A DNA stretch of 32,000 nucleotides from Xylanibacter ruminicola 23 (GTDB lineage Bacteria; Bacteroidota; Bacteroidia; Bacteroidales; Bacteroidaceae), in contig NC_014033.1 in NCBI RefSeq assembly GCF_000025925.1, forward strand, positions 1,020,001 to 1,052,000. Direction: 5' to 3'. How positions within the stretch are numbered: position 1 is the first letter of the stretch; each line of letters opens with the position of its first letter. The position numbers and the translations under genes were made by a program. Below, piece by piece: positions 8,319 to 16,977 of the stretch. The notes under the pieces were generated by a model that was not told the origin of the DNA, ran no database searches, and saw nothing but the letters and a program-made list of their open reading frames with translations.

Positions 8319-8335
8319 CACAAAAATCTGAGATT

Positions 8336-9403
8336 ATGGCAAAGGAGAATATTACGATTAAGGATATTGCTGCACGCGCAGGTGTATCGACAGGTACCGT
8401 TGACCGTGTGCTTCACAATCGTCCTAATGTGTCTAAAGCAGCATTGGAAAAGGTAAACAAAGCCCTGGAGGAAATGGACTACCGTCCCAATATGTATGCC
8501 TCGGCTTTGGCATATAATAAGGAATATACATTTTATTGTGTATTGCCTAAACACGAACAGGAAGCTTACTGGGATGAGATCGAAGAAGGTGCAATGGCTT
8601 GTACCGAATTCCGTCGCGACTTTGGTAGCAAGCTCAAGTTCATTTATTATGAGCGATTCAATCCACCTGCATTCACCAAGATGGTTCGCGAATTATTTAC
8701 CGCCAAGATTGATGGCGTGATTATCGTACCAGCCACATTGGAGCAGACTGCCCGTTTTACCGAAAAACTAATCGAAAGAAATATCCCCTATGTGCTGCTC
8801 GACTCGTATATGCCTGATTTGAAACCACTGTCGTTCTTCGGTCAGGATTCGTTTGCCAGTGGCTATTTCGCAGCTAAGATGCTGATGCTGATTGCCAATA
8901 AGGAAAAGGAGATTGCCCTGATGAAGCAGACACGCGATGGTATCGTGGGTTCTAAGCAGCAGGCTAACCGTGAGACAGGGTTCCGCCATTATATGGTCGA
9001 TCACTTCCCTAAGATTAAGATTACCGAAGTGGATCTGCCTCTGGATGAGGATCACAAGGATTATGATGGCATCCTCGAGAAGTTCTTCTCTACCCACCCT
9101 CACGTACACCATTGTATCACCTTTAACTCGAAGGCCCATATCGTGGGTGAGTTCCTGCAGAAGAGCAACCGCCGCAATGTACAGATTATGGGATATGATA
9201 TGGTGGCCAAGAACGAGGAGTGTGTACGTAAAGGAAGCATTTCGTTCCTGATAGCCCAGCATGCTTACCAGCAGGGATATGCTAGTGTTGATGCACTGTT
9301 TAACGCTATCGTGATGAAGCGTGCCGTGAATCCCGTGAATTACATGCCTATCGAGATCCTGACCAAGGAAAACGTAGATTTCTATCGTAGAACAGCAATA
9401 TAA
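8336..9403 (+). CDS. LacI-family transcriptional regulator (355 aa)
   Basis: N-terminal HTH (ITIKDIAARAGVSTGTVDRVLHNRPNVSKAALEKVNKALEEMDYRPNMYASAL) followed by a periplasmic-binding-protein-like sugar-binding fold. The start was moved to the ATG at 8336, downstream of the promoter. Confidence 0.9.
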   Translation: MAKENITIKDIAARAGVSTGTVDRVLHNRPNVSKAALEKVNKALEEMDYRPNMYASALAYNKEYTFYCVLPKHEQEAYWDEIEEGAMACTEFRRDFGSKLKFIYYERFNPPAFTKMVRELFTAKIDGVIIVPATLEQTARFTEKLIERNIPYVLLDSYMPDLKPLSFFGQDSFASGYFAAKMLMLIANKEKEIALMKQTRDGIVGSKQQANRETGFRHYMVDHFPKIKITEVDLPLDEDHKDYDGILEKFFSTHPHVHHCITFNSKAHIVGEFLQKSNRRNVQIMGYDMVAKNEECVRKGSISFLIAQHAYQQGYASVDALFNAIVMKRAVNPVNYMPIEILTKENVDFYRRTAI

Positions 9404-9429
9404 ACTAAAACAAAACAGTAAATAAAAGA

Positions 9430-10923
9430 ATGAAACAAGCTACATTTTTAAAGATTAACCCTGCCGATTCGGTAGTGGTTTGTTTGCAGCCCAAAAAGAA
9501 AGGAGAGATTATTGAAGTAGATGGTAAGCAGATTACCGTGAATCAGGATACACCAGCAGGCCATAAGGTACTGATAAAGGACGTGGCAGCTGGTGCCGAC
9601 ATTATCAAATATGGCTATCCCATCGGTCACGCTATGCAGGATCTGAAGGCTGGCGACTGGGTGAACGAGAATAATCTGAAGACCAATCTGGCTGGTACTC
9701 TCGAGTATACATATAATCCTGTAAACGAGCAGCTTAATATCAAAAACGACAACCGTAGCTTTAAGGGCTATGTACGTAAGAATGGCGACGTGGGTATCCG
9801 TAATGAGATTTGGATTGTGCCCACCGTTGGTTGTGTGAATGGTATTGCCGAACGTCTGGTTAAGGAGTTGAAGAAAGAAACCAACGAGCAGGGTGTGGAT
9901 GCTATCTATGCCTGGCATCATAACTATGGTTGTTCGCAGTTGTCGGAGGATCATGAGAACACTCGTAAGGTGCTGCGTGATATCTGCTTGCACCCCAATG
10001 CTGGTGCCGTATTGGTGCTGAGCTTAGGTTGTGAGAACAATCAGCCCGAGGACTTCATGAAGATGCTGGGCGATTATGATAAGGATCGTATCAAGCTGCT
10101 GGTAACCCAGCGTGTCGACGATGAGATGGAGGCTGGTATGGAAATGCTGCGCGAACTATATCAGCTGGCCAGCAAGGATGTGCGTACCGAAGTGCCTGTT
10201 AGCAAACTGCGTGTAGGTTTGAAGTGTGGTGGTTCCGACGGATTCTCTGGTATCACCGCTAATCCACTGGTTGGCGAATTCTCTGACTGGCTGGTAGCTC
10301 AGGGTGGTACATCGGTTTTGACCGAGGTGCCCGAGATGTTTGGTGCCGAGACTATCCTGATGAATCGTTGTACAACCGAAGAACTGTTTAACCAGACAGT
10401 TTCGATGATTAATAACTTCAAGAACTATTTCCTGTCGCATGGTGAACCTGTTGGTGAGAACCCAAGTCCTGGTAACAAGGCTGGTGGTATCTCAACCCTC
10501 GAGGATAAGGCGCTGGGATGCACACAGAAGTGTGGTAAAGCCCCTGTGAACGGTGTGATGGAATATGGCGACAGACTGCAGAACCCAGGCTTGAACCTGC
10601 TTTCGGCTCCTGGTAATGATTTGGTAGCAGCTACTGCTCTCGCCTCTTGTGGTTGTCATCTGGTATTGTTTACTACTGGTCGCGGTACGCCATTCGGCAC
10701 ATTTGTACCAACCATGAAGATTGCCACCAATCCTGATCTGGCTTCGCGCAAGAAGAACTGGATTGACTTCTCGGCAGGTCAGCTCATCGAGGGTCGTACC
10801 ATGCAGGAGCTGGTACCTGAGTTTATCGACAAGGTATTGGCTGTGGCAAGTGGCGAGAAAGCCAAGAACGAAGAGAACGATTATCGTGAAATATCAATCT
10901 TTAAAAACGGTGTAACACTGTGA
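9430..10923 (+). CDS. uxaA: Altronate dehydratase (497 aa)
   Basis: SAF-like N-terminus (LKINPADSVVVCL...AGHKVLIKDVAAGADIIKYGYPIGHA) and a conserved UxaA/GarD C-terminal domain (GLKCGGSDGFSGITANP..., LFTTGRGTPFG). Confidence 0.9.
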   Translation: MKQATFLKINPADSVVVCLQPKKKGEIIEVDGKQITVNQDTPAGHKVLIKDVAAGADIIKYGYPIGHAMQDLKAGDWVNENNLKTNLAGTLEYTYNPVNEQLNIKNDNRSFKGYVRKNGDVGIRNEIWIVPTVGCVNGIAERLVKELKKETNEQGVDAIYAWHHNYGCSQLSEDHENTRKVLRDICLHPNAGAVLVLSLGCENNQPEDFMKMLGDYDKDRIKLLVTQRVDDEMEAGMEMLRELYQLASKDVRTEVPVSKLRVGLKCGGSDGFSGITANPLVGEFSDWLVAQGGTSVLTEVPEMFGAETILMNRCTTEELFNQTVSMINNFKNYFLSHGEPVGENPSPGNKAGGISTLEDKALGCTQKCGKAPVNGVMEYGDRLQNPGLNLLSAPGNDLVAATALASCGCHLVLFTTGRGTPFGTFVPTMKIATNPDLASRKKNWIDFSAGQLIEGRTMQELVPEFIDKVLAVASGEKAKNEENDYREISIFKNGVTL

Positions 10924-12194
10924 AGAAAGGAATCATCGCATTATCACCCATCGTGGTGTTTATCTTATTCTACTTAGTCACCAGCATCATTGCTGGTGAC
11001 TTTTACAAGATTCCCATTACTGTAGCCTTTATGGTTTCGAGCATCTACGCCATTACTGTATTTACCGGTAGGCCACTGATGCACCGAATCAACAGCTATA
11101 GTCGTGGAGCCGCCACCGAACAGATGATGCTGATGATTTGGATATTTGTGTTAGCAGGTGCCTTTGCGCATTCTGCCAAGCAGATGGGTAGTATCGATGC
11201 TACCGTAAACTTGGCATTAAGTCTGCTACCACCACAGATGATATTTGCGGGTATGTTTCTGGCAGCCTGCTTTATCTCGCTTTCTATCGGAACAAGCGTG
11301 GGTACTATTGCAGCCCTGACACCCATTGCCGTAGGTCTGGCCCAGGAAACAGGGGCCGACTTGGCTATGATGACCGCTATTATTGTGGGTGGTTCGTTCT
11401 TTGGCGATAATTTGTCGTTTATCTCCGATACCACTATTATGGCCACCCAAACGCAAGGATGCCGGTTGAGCGATAAGTTCAGGGTTAATGCATTTATTGT
11501 GATGCCTGCTGCATTGGTGATACTGGTTGTATATTATTTCCTTGGTCAGGATACCATTGCTCCACAGCAGATTCCGGCTGTTGAATGGGTAAAGGTAATA
11601 CCTTACTTAACGGTGCTTGTAACGGCTGTATGCGGCATGAACGTGATGGCTGTATTAACTATAGGTATCGTGCTGTGTGGTATCATTGGCATGTTTACAG
11701 GTTCTTTCGATATCTATGGATGGTTTGGCGCCATGGGCGACGGTATCATGTCGATGGGCGAGCTGATTATTGTAACGATGATGGCAGGCGGTATGCTTGA
11801 GCTGATTAAACAGCAAGGCGGTATCGACTTTATCATTAATATGCTTACACGTCGTGTTAGCAGTAAGCGCGGTGCTGAACTGAGTATTGCCACACTGGTA
11901 TCGCTGGTAGATGTTTGTACTGCTAATAACACGGTTGCCATCTTGACTGTAGGCGATATCGCCAAACAAATTGGCGATCGCTATGGTGTAGATAATAAGA
12001 AGTGTGCCTCGATATTAGACACATTCTCATGTACGGTTCAGGGGTTGATACCTTATGGTGCTCAGTTGCTGATTGCAGCTGGTTTGGCATCGGTTAATCC
12101 TGTTGCCATCCTACCCTATCTTTACTACCCATTTGCACTGGGTATTGTAGCCATTCTATCTATCTTACTGCGTTATCCCAAAAGATACTCATGA
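10920..12194 (+). CDS. NhaC-family (Na+/H+ antiporter-type) membrane transporter (424 aa)
   Basis: GTG start overlapping the uxaA stop (GTGA). About 11-12 hydrophobic helices. GGSFFGDNLSFISDTTIMATQ resembles the NhaC-family SDTT motif. Confidence 0.75.
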   Translation: MKKGIIALSPIVVFILFYLVTSIIAGDFYKIPITVAFMVSSIYAITVFTGRPLMHRINSYSRGAATEQMMLMIWIFVLAGAFAHSAKQMGSIDATVNLALSLLPPQMIFAGMFLAACFISLSIGTSVGTIAALTPIAVGLAQETGADLAMMTAIIVGGSFFGDNLSFISDTTIMATQTQGCRLSDKFRVNAFIVMPAALVILVVYYFLGQDTIAPQQIPAVEWVKVIPYLTVLVTAVCGMNVMAVLTIGIVLCGIIGMFTGSFDIYGWFGAMGDGIMSMGELIIVTMMAGGMLELIKQQGGIDFIINMLTRRVSSKRGAELSIATLVSLVDVCTANNTVAILTVGDIAKQIGDRYGVDNKKCASILDTFSCTVQGLIPYGAQLLIAAGLASVNPVAILPYLYYPFALGIVAILSILLRYPKRYS

Positions 12195-13000
12195 ATATTA
12201 TTCAGCGAAACTTTTTCAGACTACTTCGATGTGGTGCTTTCCAGACAACTGAGGTGCTGGAGCCGATGTCGGTACATAAATGGAACAAACTGTATCAGCT
12301 TGCCACTGTGCATAGTGTTCAGTCGTATGTATATCAAGGTCTTAAGAGCTGTCAGGATCAGTTCGCTCTTCATTTAACCGATGCGCAGTGGAAACAATGG
12401 CTTACGGCTAAAGAGAACGATGAGGATAACGACGAAGATGAACTGTTGCGCCCCGATAAGTTGACTAATCCTTTGCTGAACCGACAGCTGCAGAATATTC
12501 TCGACGATGAACAGTCGGATATTAATACGCGTAGAATGTTAATCCGTATTATCAGTATAGCACGAAGAATCTTGAACGAGGGTCTGCCTTTGAAACTGCT
12601 GATTGAATTAGGTTTGACGCTTCGTGCAAACAATAGCAAAGCGGATTACGAGGTGTTGGGTAGCTGGCTGAAGAAATTGCATTTTGAGCAGATGGCACAG
12701 CTTGAGGCTACACTGCTGATGGATTTGTTTGGTTTGGAAGCAAAGGATATTCCTTTTGCCGAAAGTGATGCCGACCGCAAAACAATTGTTGTAGCAAAGG
12801 AACTGGCCGAATATACTAATATCCGTCAGGACTTTTATTTCTCACAAGGCTCGGATAGTATTTTTGTACACACCAGCAACGGCGGTGCCTTGATTAATCA
12901 TATCAAGCGCTCTGCCCGTTATATGCGTTTCATACCTTCAGAGGCATTTACCAATTTCTTTGCATCATTTGCCCATTCGCTTACGCATATCGAAGAATGA
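12191..13000 (+). CDS. Hypothetical soluble helical protein with an acidic patch (269 aa)
   Basis: The ATG overlaps the nhaC-like stop (ATGA). No TM or signal peptide. KENDEDNDEDELL acidic stretch. No family recognised by eye. Confidence 0.6.
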   Translation: MNIIQRNFFRLLRCGAFQTTEVLEPMSVHKWNKLYQLATVHSVQSYVYQGLKSCQDQFALHLTDAQWKQWLTAKENDEDNDEDELLRPDKLTNPLLNRQLQNILDDEQSDINTRRMLIRIISIARRILNEGLPLKLLIELGLTLRANNSKADYEVLGSWLKKLHFEQMAQLEATLLMDLFGLEAKDIPFAESDADRKTIVVAKELAEYTNIRQDFYFSQGSDSIFVHTSNGGALINHIKRSARYMRFIPSEAFTNFFASFAHSLTHIEE

Positions 13001-13861
13001 TACATTCTTCCCTACATGGCGTATGTGATTGAACCTGATTTCGCGCAATCCATGATTGCCCATGAATCGGCTTTTATCCACGCTTCCACGGATACCTACA
13101 ATGCGTCCATGACTGGTGTATTGCCACATGGTGATATCGCGTCCGTCGGCCAATACGGGCTCTTCTTCGGTGTACATCGCAATCATCAGCTTGTAATCAT
13201 TAATCTTGCCTACAAGATGCTTATTGTAGAAGTTGCGGAACGTATATATCAGTGGTTGCTGATGATAGGCTTCTTCGATTAAATCCAGAAAAGCATACAG
13301 CGAATCGCAGAATTCCTCAGATGATAGTCCGCCTGTGGTCTCAACATCAATCATCGGTATCAGGTCCTGTTCGCCTGGTCGGCATTGTGTCATAAAGTTT
13401 TCAAGCTGAGTCAATACAGGCGTTTTAGGACGGAAGAAGTGATAGGAACCAACTTTCAGTCCGTGGCGATGAGCTAAGTCGATATTGCGCTCGTATTGGG
13501 CATCTATGCGGTCGCCGCCCTCGGTAGCTTTCAGATACACATAAGCCATCTTGGTGTTCTCGCCTACTGTCTCCCAGAATACTTCGCCCTGGTAATGCGA
13601 CAGGTCGATACCATGCACATGGCTGCACGTATCCTCGCATTGTAAGAATGGATCGTAATTAGGATCGGTAAGCAAACGTGGATCAGGACGGTATTGGGCT
13701 ACCGCACGTTTCTTTGTTTTCTTACCTTTTTTATGCTTGCTCACCACTCTCTGTGTTCTGTGCTTAGAGTGGTGTTTGTTGTATCTTGAACGTTGAGCAA
13801 ATCCGTCGTTGGCGCCGAGCATTAACATGCATAATGTCAGCAATATATATAGTTTCTTCAT
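12965..13861 (-). CDS. Secreted GH25 lysozyme/muramidase (298 aa)
   Basis: Signal MKKLYILLTLCMLMLGANDGFA/Q, then a very basic linker, then GH25 motifs (HGIDLSHYQGEVFW, YLKATEGG, GSYHFF, MIDVETTG). The start was moved to the ATG at 13859-13861. Confidence 0.85.
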   Translation of the reverse strand: MKKLYILLTLCMLMLGANDGFAQRSRYNKHHSKHRTQRVVSKHKKGKKTKKRAVAQYRPDPRLLTDPNYDPFLQCEDTCSHVHGIDLSHYQGEVFWETVGENTKMAYVYLKATEGGDRIDAQYERNIDLAHRHGLKVGSYHFFRPKTPVLTQLENFMTQCRPGEQDLIPMIDVETTGGLSSEEFCDSLYAFLDLIEEAYHQQPLIYTFRNFYNKHLVGKINDYKLMIAMYTEEEPVLADGRDITMWQYTSHGRIVGIRGSVDKSRFMGNHGLREIRFNHIRHVGKNVSFFDMRKRMGK

Positions 13862-13882
13862 TATAATCCTTGTTTTGCGATG

Positions 13883-13890
13883 CAAAGATA
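13883..13890 (-). promoter_or_regulatory. -7 box for the GH25 gene
   Basis: TATCTTTG on the minus strand, 21 nt upstream of the ATG. No canonical -33 TTTG at 19-21 nt. Confidence 0.4.
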
Positions 13891-13933
13891 CTAAAAAAAC
13901 AAATAAAAATGTAGGATATTACATATTTCTTTG

Positions 13934-13941
13934 TAACTTTG
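13934..13941 (+). promoter_or_regulatory. -7 box for the C11 peptidase gene
   Basis: TAACTTTG, 17 nt upstream of the ATG at 13959. No canonical -33. Confidence 0.45.
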
Positions 13942-13958
13942 CCGCAAAATTTGATTAT

Positions 13959-15224
13959 ATGCATAAGACTATTATAGGACTTTTAGGGATAGCGTTACTA
14001 TGCTCGTGTAATAAAAAAGACGATCCGGAACCTACACCTGAACCAACGGTTTACGACCGAACTGTACTTGTATATATGTCAGGCGAGAACGACCTGACAA
14101 CAAGCGGCTTTATGGCTGATGATTTGCTGGAGATGGACGAGGGCTCGTATCAGTTGAACGATAACCAGCATCTGATTGTATTTATCGATTCGGTAGGAAC
14201 AACCAATCCGCCACATATTATTGAGATTGCAAAAGGTAAAAGAAAGGTGCTGTATCAATATGACAGCGAATTTGCTGCCAGCGATCCCAGTAAATTCCGT
14301 GAAGTAATACAATGGACGATAGACAACTATCCGTCGAAGGATTATGGCTTGGTACTCTGGGGCCATGCTACAGGATGGGCAGTAGATGCCGATTCTGTTG
14401 CCAATGTTCAGCGAACCAGAGCCTATGGTTACGATTACGGATATGATTCGTATATCGGTAGAAAGGCCATGAATATTACGCAGATGGCTAAAGCGCTCGA
14501 GGATATGCCAAAGTTTAAGTATATCTTTGCCGACTGCTGTTGCTTTATGTGTGTAGAGAGTGCCTACGAACTCCGTAATGCAGCTGATTATCTGATTGGT
14601 TCGCCTGCCGAGATTCCTGGCGCTGGTGCACCATATGATAGGATCATGTCGTCGCTTTTCTCTAACTCAAATTCTTTCTATCAGAATATCTGCGATATAT
14701 ATTACGATTTCTATCTTGATGCTTATAATTCAAGTACTTATGATTACTTGAACTTAGATGGATACAGTGTACCTATGTCGGCAGTAAAACTCTCAGAGAT
14801 GGAATCATTGGCTCAGGCCACAAATCAGATCCTGGCTACCATTTCTTCGGAAATAACCAGTCCTGCGGTATTAGACCTCTCTAAGTTGCCATTCTACTTT
14901 GCAAGTACTACTTACACCGATATGAAGGTGATGTACGATATGTCGTCGGTATTCTACAAATATGCTTCAGTAAGTGATTATACCCAATGGTTGACGACAT
15001 ATAATAAGGCTGTGCCCTACTCTCTCGTATCAACCAAATGGCAAACAGTTTATAATACTCTTTATAATAGCTTTGATAGTTTTCCTGATAACAACGCTAT
15101 GTGGGGAGGCTTGAGCATGTATTTCCCTCAGCAGGGATACGATAATTTTAACTACAAATTCAATACACGCATAAAAAACTACCAATGGTATTATAGCGTG
15201 AACTGGAGCAAATACGGCTGGTAG
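13959..15224 (+). CDS. Clostripain-like cysteine peptidase, family C11, lipoprotein (421 aa)
   Basis: Lipobox MHKTIIGLLGIALLCSC. VLVYMSGENDL. Catalytic His context LVLWGHATGW and Cys context IFADCCCFM, in C11 spacing. The start was moved to the ATG at 13959. Confidence 0.85.
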   Translation: MHKTIIGLLGIALLCSCNKKDDPEPTPEPTVYDRTVLVYMSGENDLTTSGFMADDLLEMDEGSYQLNDNQHLIVFIDSVGTTNPPHIIEIAKGKRKVLYQYDSEFAASDPSKFREVIQWTIDNYPSKDYGLVLWGHATGWAVDADSVANVQRTRAYGYDYGYDSYIGRKAMNITQMAKALEDMPKFKYIFADCCCFMCVESAYELRNAADYLIGSPAEIPGAGAPYDRIMSSLFSNSNSFYQNICDIYYDFYLDAYNSSTYDYLNLDGYSVPMSAVKLSEMESLAQATNQILATISSEITSPAVLDLSKLPFYFASTTYTDMKVMYDMSSVFYKYASVSDYTQWLTTYNKAVPYSLVSTKWQTVYNTLYNSFDSFPDNNAMWGGLSMYFPQQGYDNFNYKFNTRIKNYQWYYSVNWSKYGW

Positions 15225-15249
15225 AAAGATTGCTAAAATAGATGTTTTT

Positions 15250-15289
15250 GCAAAGTACCTGAAGAATTTTTGCGCTTTAGGTACTTTGC
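15250..15289. terminator. Perfect 11-bp inverted repeat between convergent genes (possible bidirectional terminator)
   Basis: GCAAAGTACCT (15250-15260) and AGGTACTTTGC (15279-15289) with an 18-nt loop. There is no clear U-tract on either side. Confidence 0.4.
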
Positions 15290-15302
15290 ATATGAAAAGT
15301 AC

Positions 15303-16619
15303 TTAGGAAATATTCTCATGGATTACAACTTTAATCTTCGAAATACGATGACCATCTAACTCCGTAACCTCGAAGGTAAAGTTCTTGTAGTCCAAACGCT
15401 CGTGCAGTTCGGGGAAATCACCCTTTATCTCAAGCAGCAGTCCTGCCAGCGAATCTGCATCACCCTCAACATCTTCGAATGTCTCGTCATCGATGTCCAG
15501 AATCTTGTAGAAATCGCTTAGCAAGGTCTTTCCCTCGAATATATAGGTGTTGGCATTAATACGTGTGTACGACTTCTCTTCCTCGTCGTACTCGTCATTA
15601 ATTTCGCCTACAATTTCCTCCAGGATATCCTCGAGCGTAATAATACCGCTAGTACCGCCAAACTCATCTACCACAATAGCAATGTGTACCTTGTTCTCCT
15701 GGAAATCGCGCAGCAAATCGTCGATTTTCTTTGTCTCTGGTACAAAATATGGTGGACGTATCAATGACTGCCAACGGAAAGTGGCAGGCTTTGACAGGTG
15801 TGGCAGCAAATCCTTGATATAAAGGATACCGCGGATATTATCAATGGTATCCTGATAAACAGGAATACGCGAATAATTATTCTCGATAATACATTTCAAT
15901 ACTTCGGGGAAAGGCAGACTAAAGTCGAGGTCAACCACATCCTGACGACTGGTCATTACCTCTTTGGCAGTTTCATCGCCAAAGCGCACAATACCCTCAA
16001 GCATATTCTTTTCGTCCTTCAACTCCTCTTTATCGGTAAGTTCCAGAGCCTGCTCCAGGTCGTCTACGCTCAGTGCACGATTCTCCTTCTGTACCACCTT
16101 CTCGGCGATGATACCCGAGCGGATGAGTACCGATGATAATGGATAGAACAACTTGCGCAGCACCATGATGCTACCTGCTACCCTACGGCAGAAAGATAAG
16201 GCACGCTGACCTGCATAAACCTTTGGCATAATTTCGCCAAACAGCAACAACAGGAATGTGAGCAATACAGTAATGACTACAAACTGCAGCCAATAGGCAC
16301 CGCCGAAATCCACTACATGTGCAAAGAAATAGTTGCAGAGCATGATAATGGTTACGTTTACCAGATTGTTAGTAATCAGTATCGTAGCCAGTGTACGCTC
16401 CGAATCCTCGCGTAATTGAAGAATATTCTTATCCGAATCGTTCTTCTCGTCGTTCAGCTCATTCAAATCGTTAGGCGACAGTGAGAAGAATGCAATTTCA
16501 GAGCCAGAGGCAAAACCGGAAAACAAAAGAAGTAAACCTGCTATTATAATAGCTATCACAGCACCCATGGTTGGTGCTGTGACAGTTACTTCACTCAGGA
16601 TTTGTTGAAGATAGTCCAT
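15303..16619 (-). CDS. gldE: CNNM/DUF21-CBS-CorC_HlyC family membrane protein (GldE/hemolysin-like, 438 aa)
   Basis: N-terminal 4-TM DUF21-like region (GSEIAFFSL...), a CBS pair, and a C-terminal CorC/HlyC transporter-associated domain. The ATG at 16619 is preferred. The ATG at 16568 is an alternative that would remove the overlap with ssb. Confidence 0.8.
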   Translation of the reverse strand: MDYLQQILSEVTVTAPTMGAVIAIIIAGLLLLFSGFASGSEIAFFSLSPNDLNELNDEKNDSDKNILQLREDSERTLATILITNNLVNVTIIMLCNYFFAHVVDFGGAYWLQFVVITVLLTFLLLLFGEIMPKVYAGQRALSFCRRVAGSIMVLRKLFYPLSSVLIRSGIIAEKVVQKENRALSVDDLEQALELTDKEELKDEKNMLEGIVRFGDETAKEVMTSRQDVVDLDFSLPFPEVLKCIIENNYSRIPVYQDTIDNIRGILYIKDLLPHLSKPATFRWQSLIRPPYFVPETKKIDDLLRDFQENKVHIAIVVDEFGGTSGIITLEDILEEIVGEINDEYDEEEKSYTRINANTYIFEGKTLLSDFYKILDIDDETFEDVEGDADSLAGLLLEIKGDFPELHERLDYKNFTFEVTELDGHRISKIKVVIHENIS

Positions 16620-16953
16620 TGTCTGATTTTGGTGAAAGCATTTCCATATTATCCGCCCATATCTCGGTGGCATAACGACGCTGACCTTGTTTGTCATCGT
16701 ACGTAGTATAGCGGATGCGGCCCTCTATATAAAGCTTATCTCCCTTATGTACGTATTTCTCTACAATCTCAGCCAGTCGACGCCAAAGAATTACATTATG
16801 CCAATCTGTATGATCGGGCACCTGTGTGCCATTCTGCAGCGTATAACCACGTTCGGTTGTTGCTAATCTGATACGAGCAACTGCTACACCTTGGTCAACA
16901 TATCTTACTTCGGGGTCTTGGCCAACATTGCCAATAAGCATTACCTTATTCAT
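16591..16953 (-). CDS. ssb: Single-stranded DNA-binding protein, short form without acidic C-terminal tip (120 aa)
   Basis: OB-fold SSB signature MNKVMLIGNVGQDPEVRY...TDWHNVILWRRLAEIVEKYVHKGDKLYIEGRIRYTTYDDKQGQRRYATEIWADNMEML. It ends ...SSTNPE. Confidence 0.9.
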   Translation of the reverse strand: MNKVMLIGNVGQDPEVRYVDQGVAVARIRLATTERGYTLQNGTQVPDHTDWHNVILWRRLAEIVEKYVHKGDKLYIEGRIRYTTYDDKQGQRRYATEIWADNMEMLSPKSDNGLSSTNPE

Positions 16954-16977
16954 AATAGGAGCGTTTATATAGATTGA

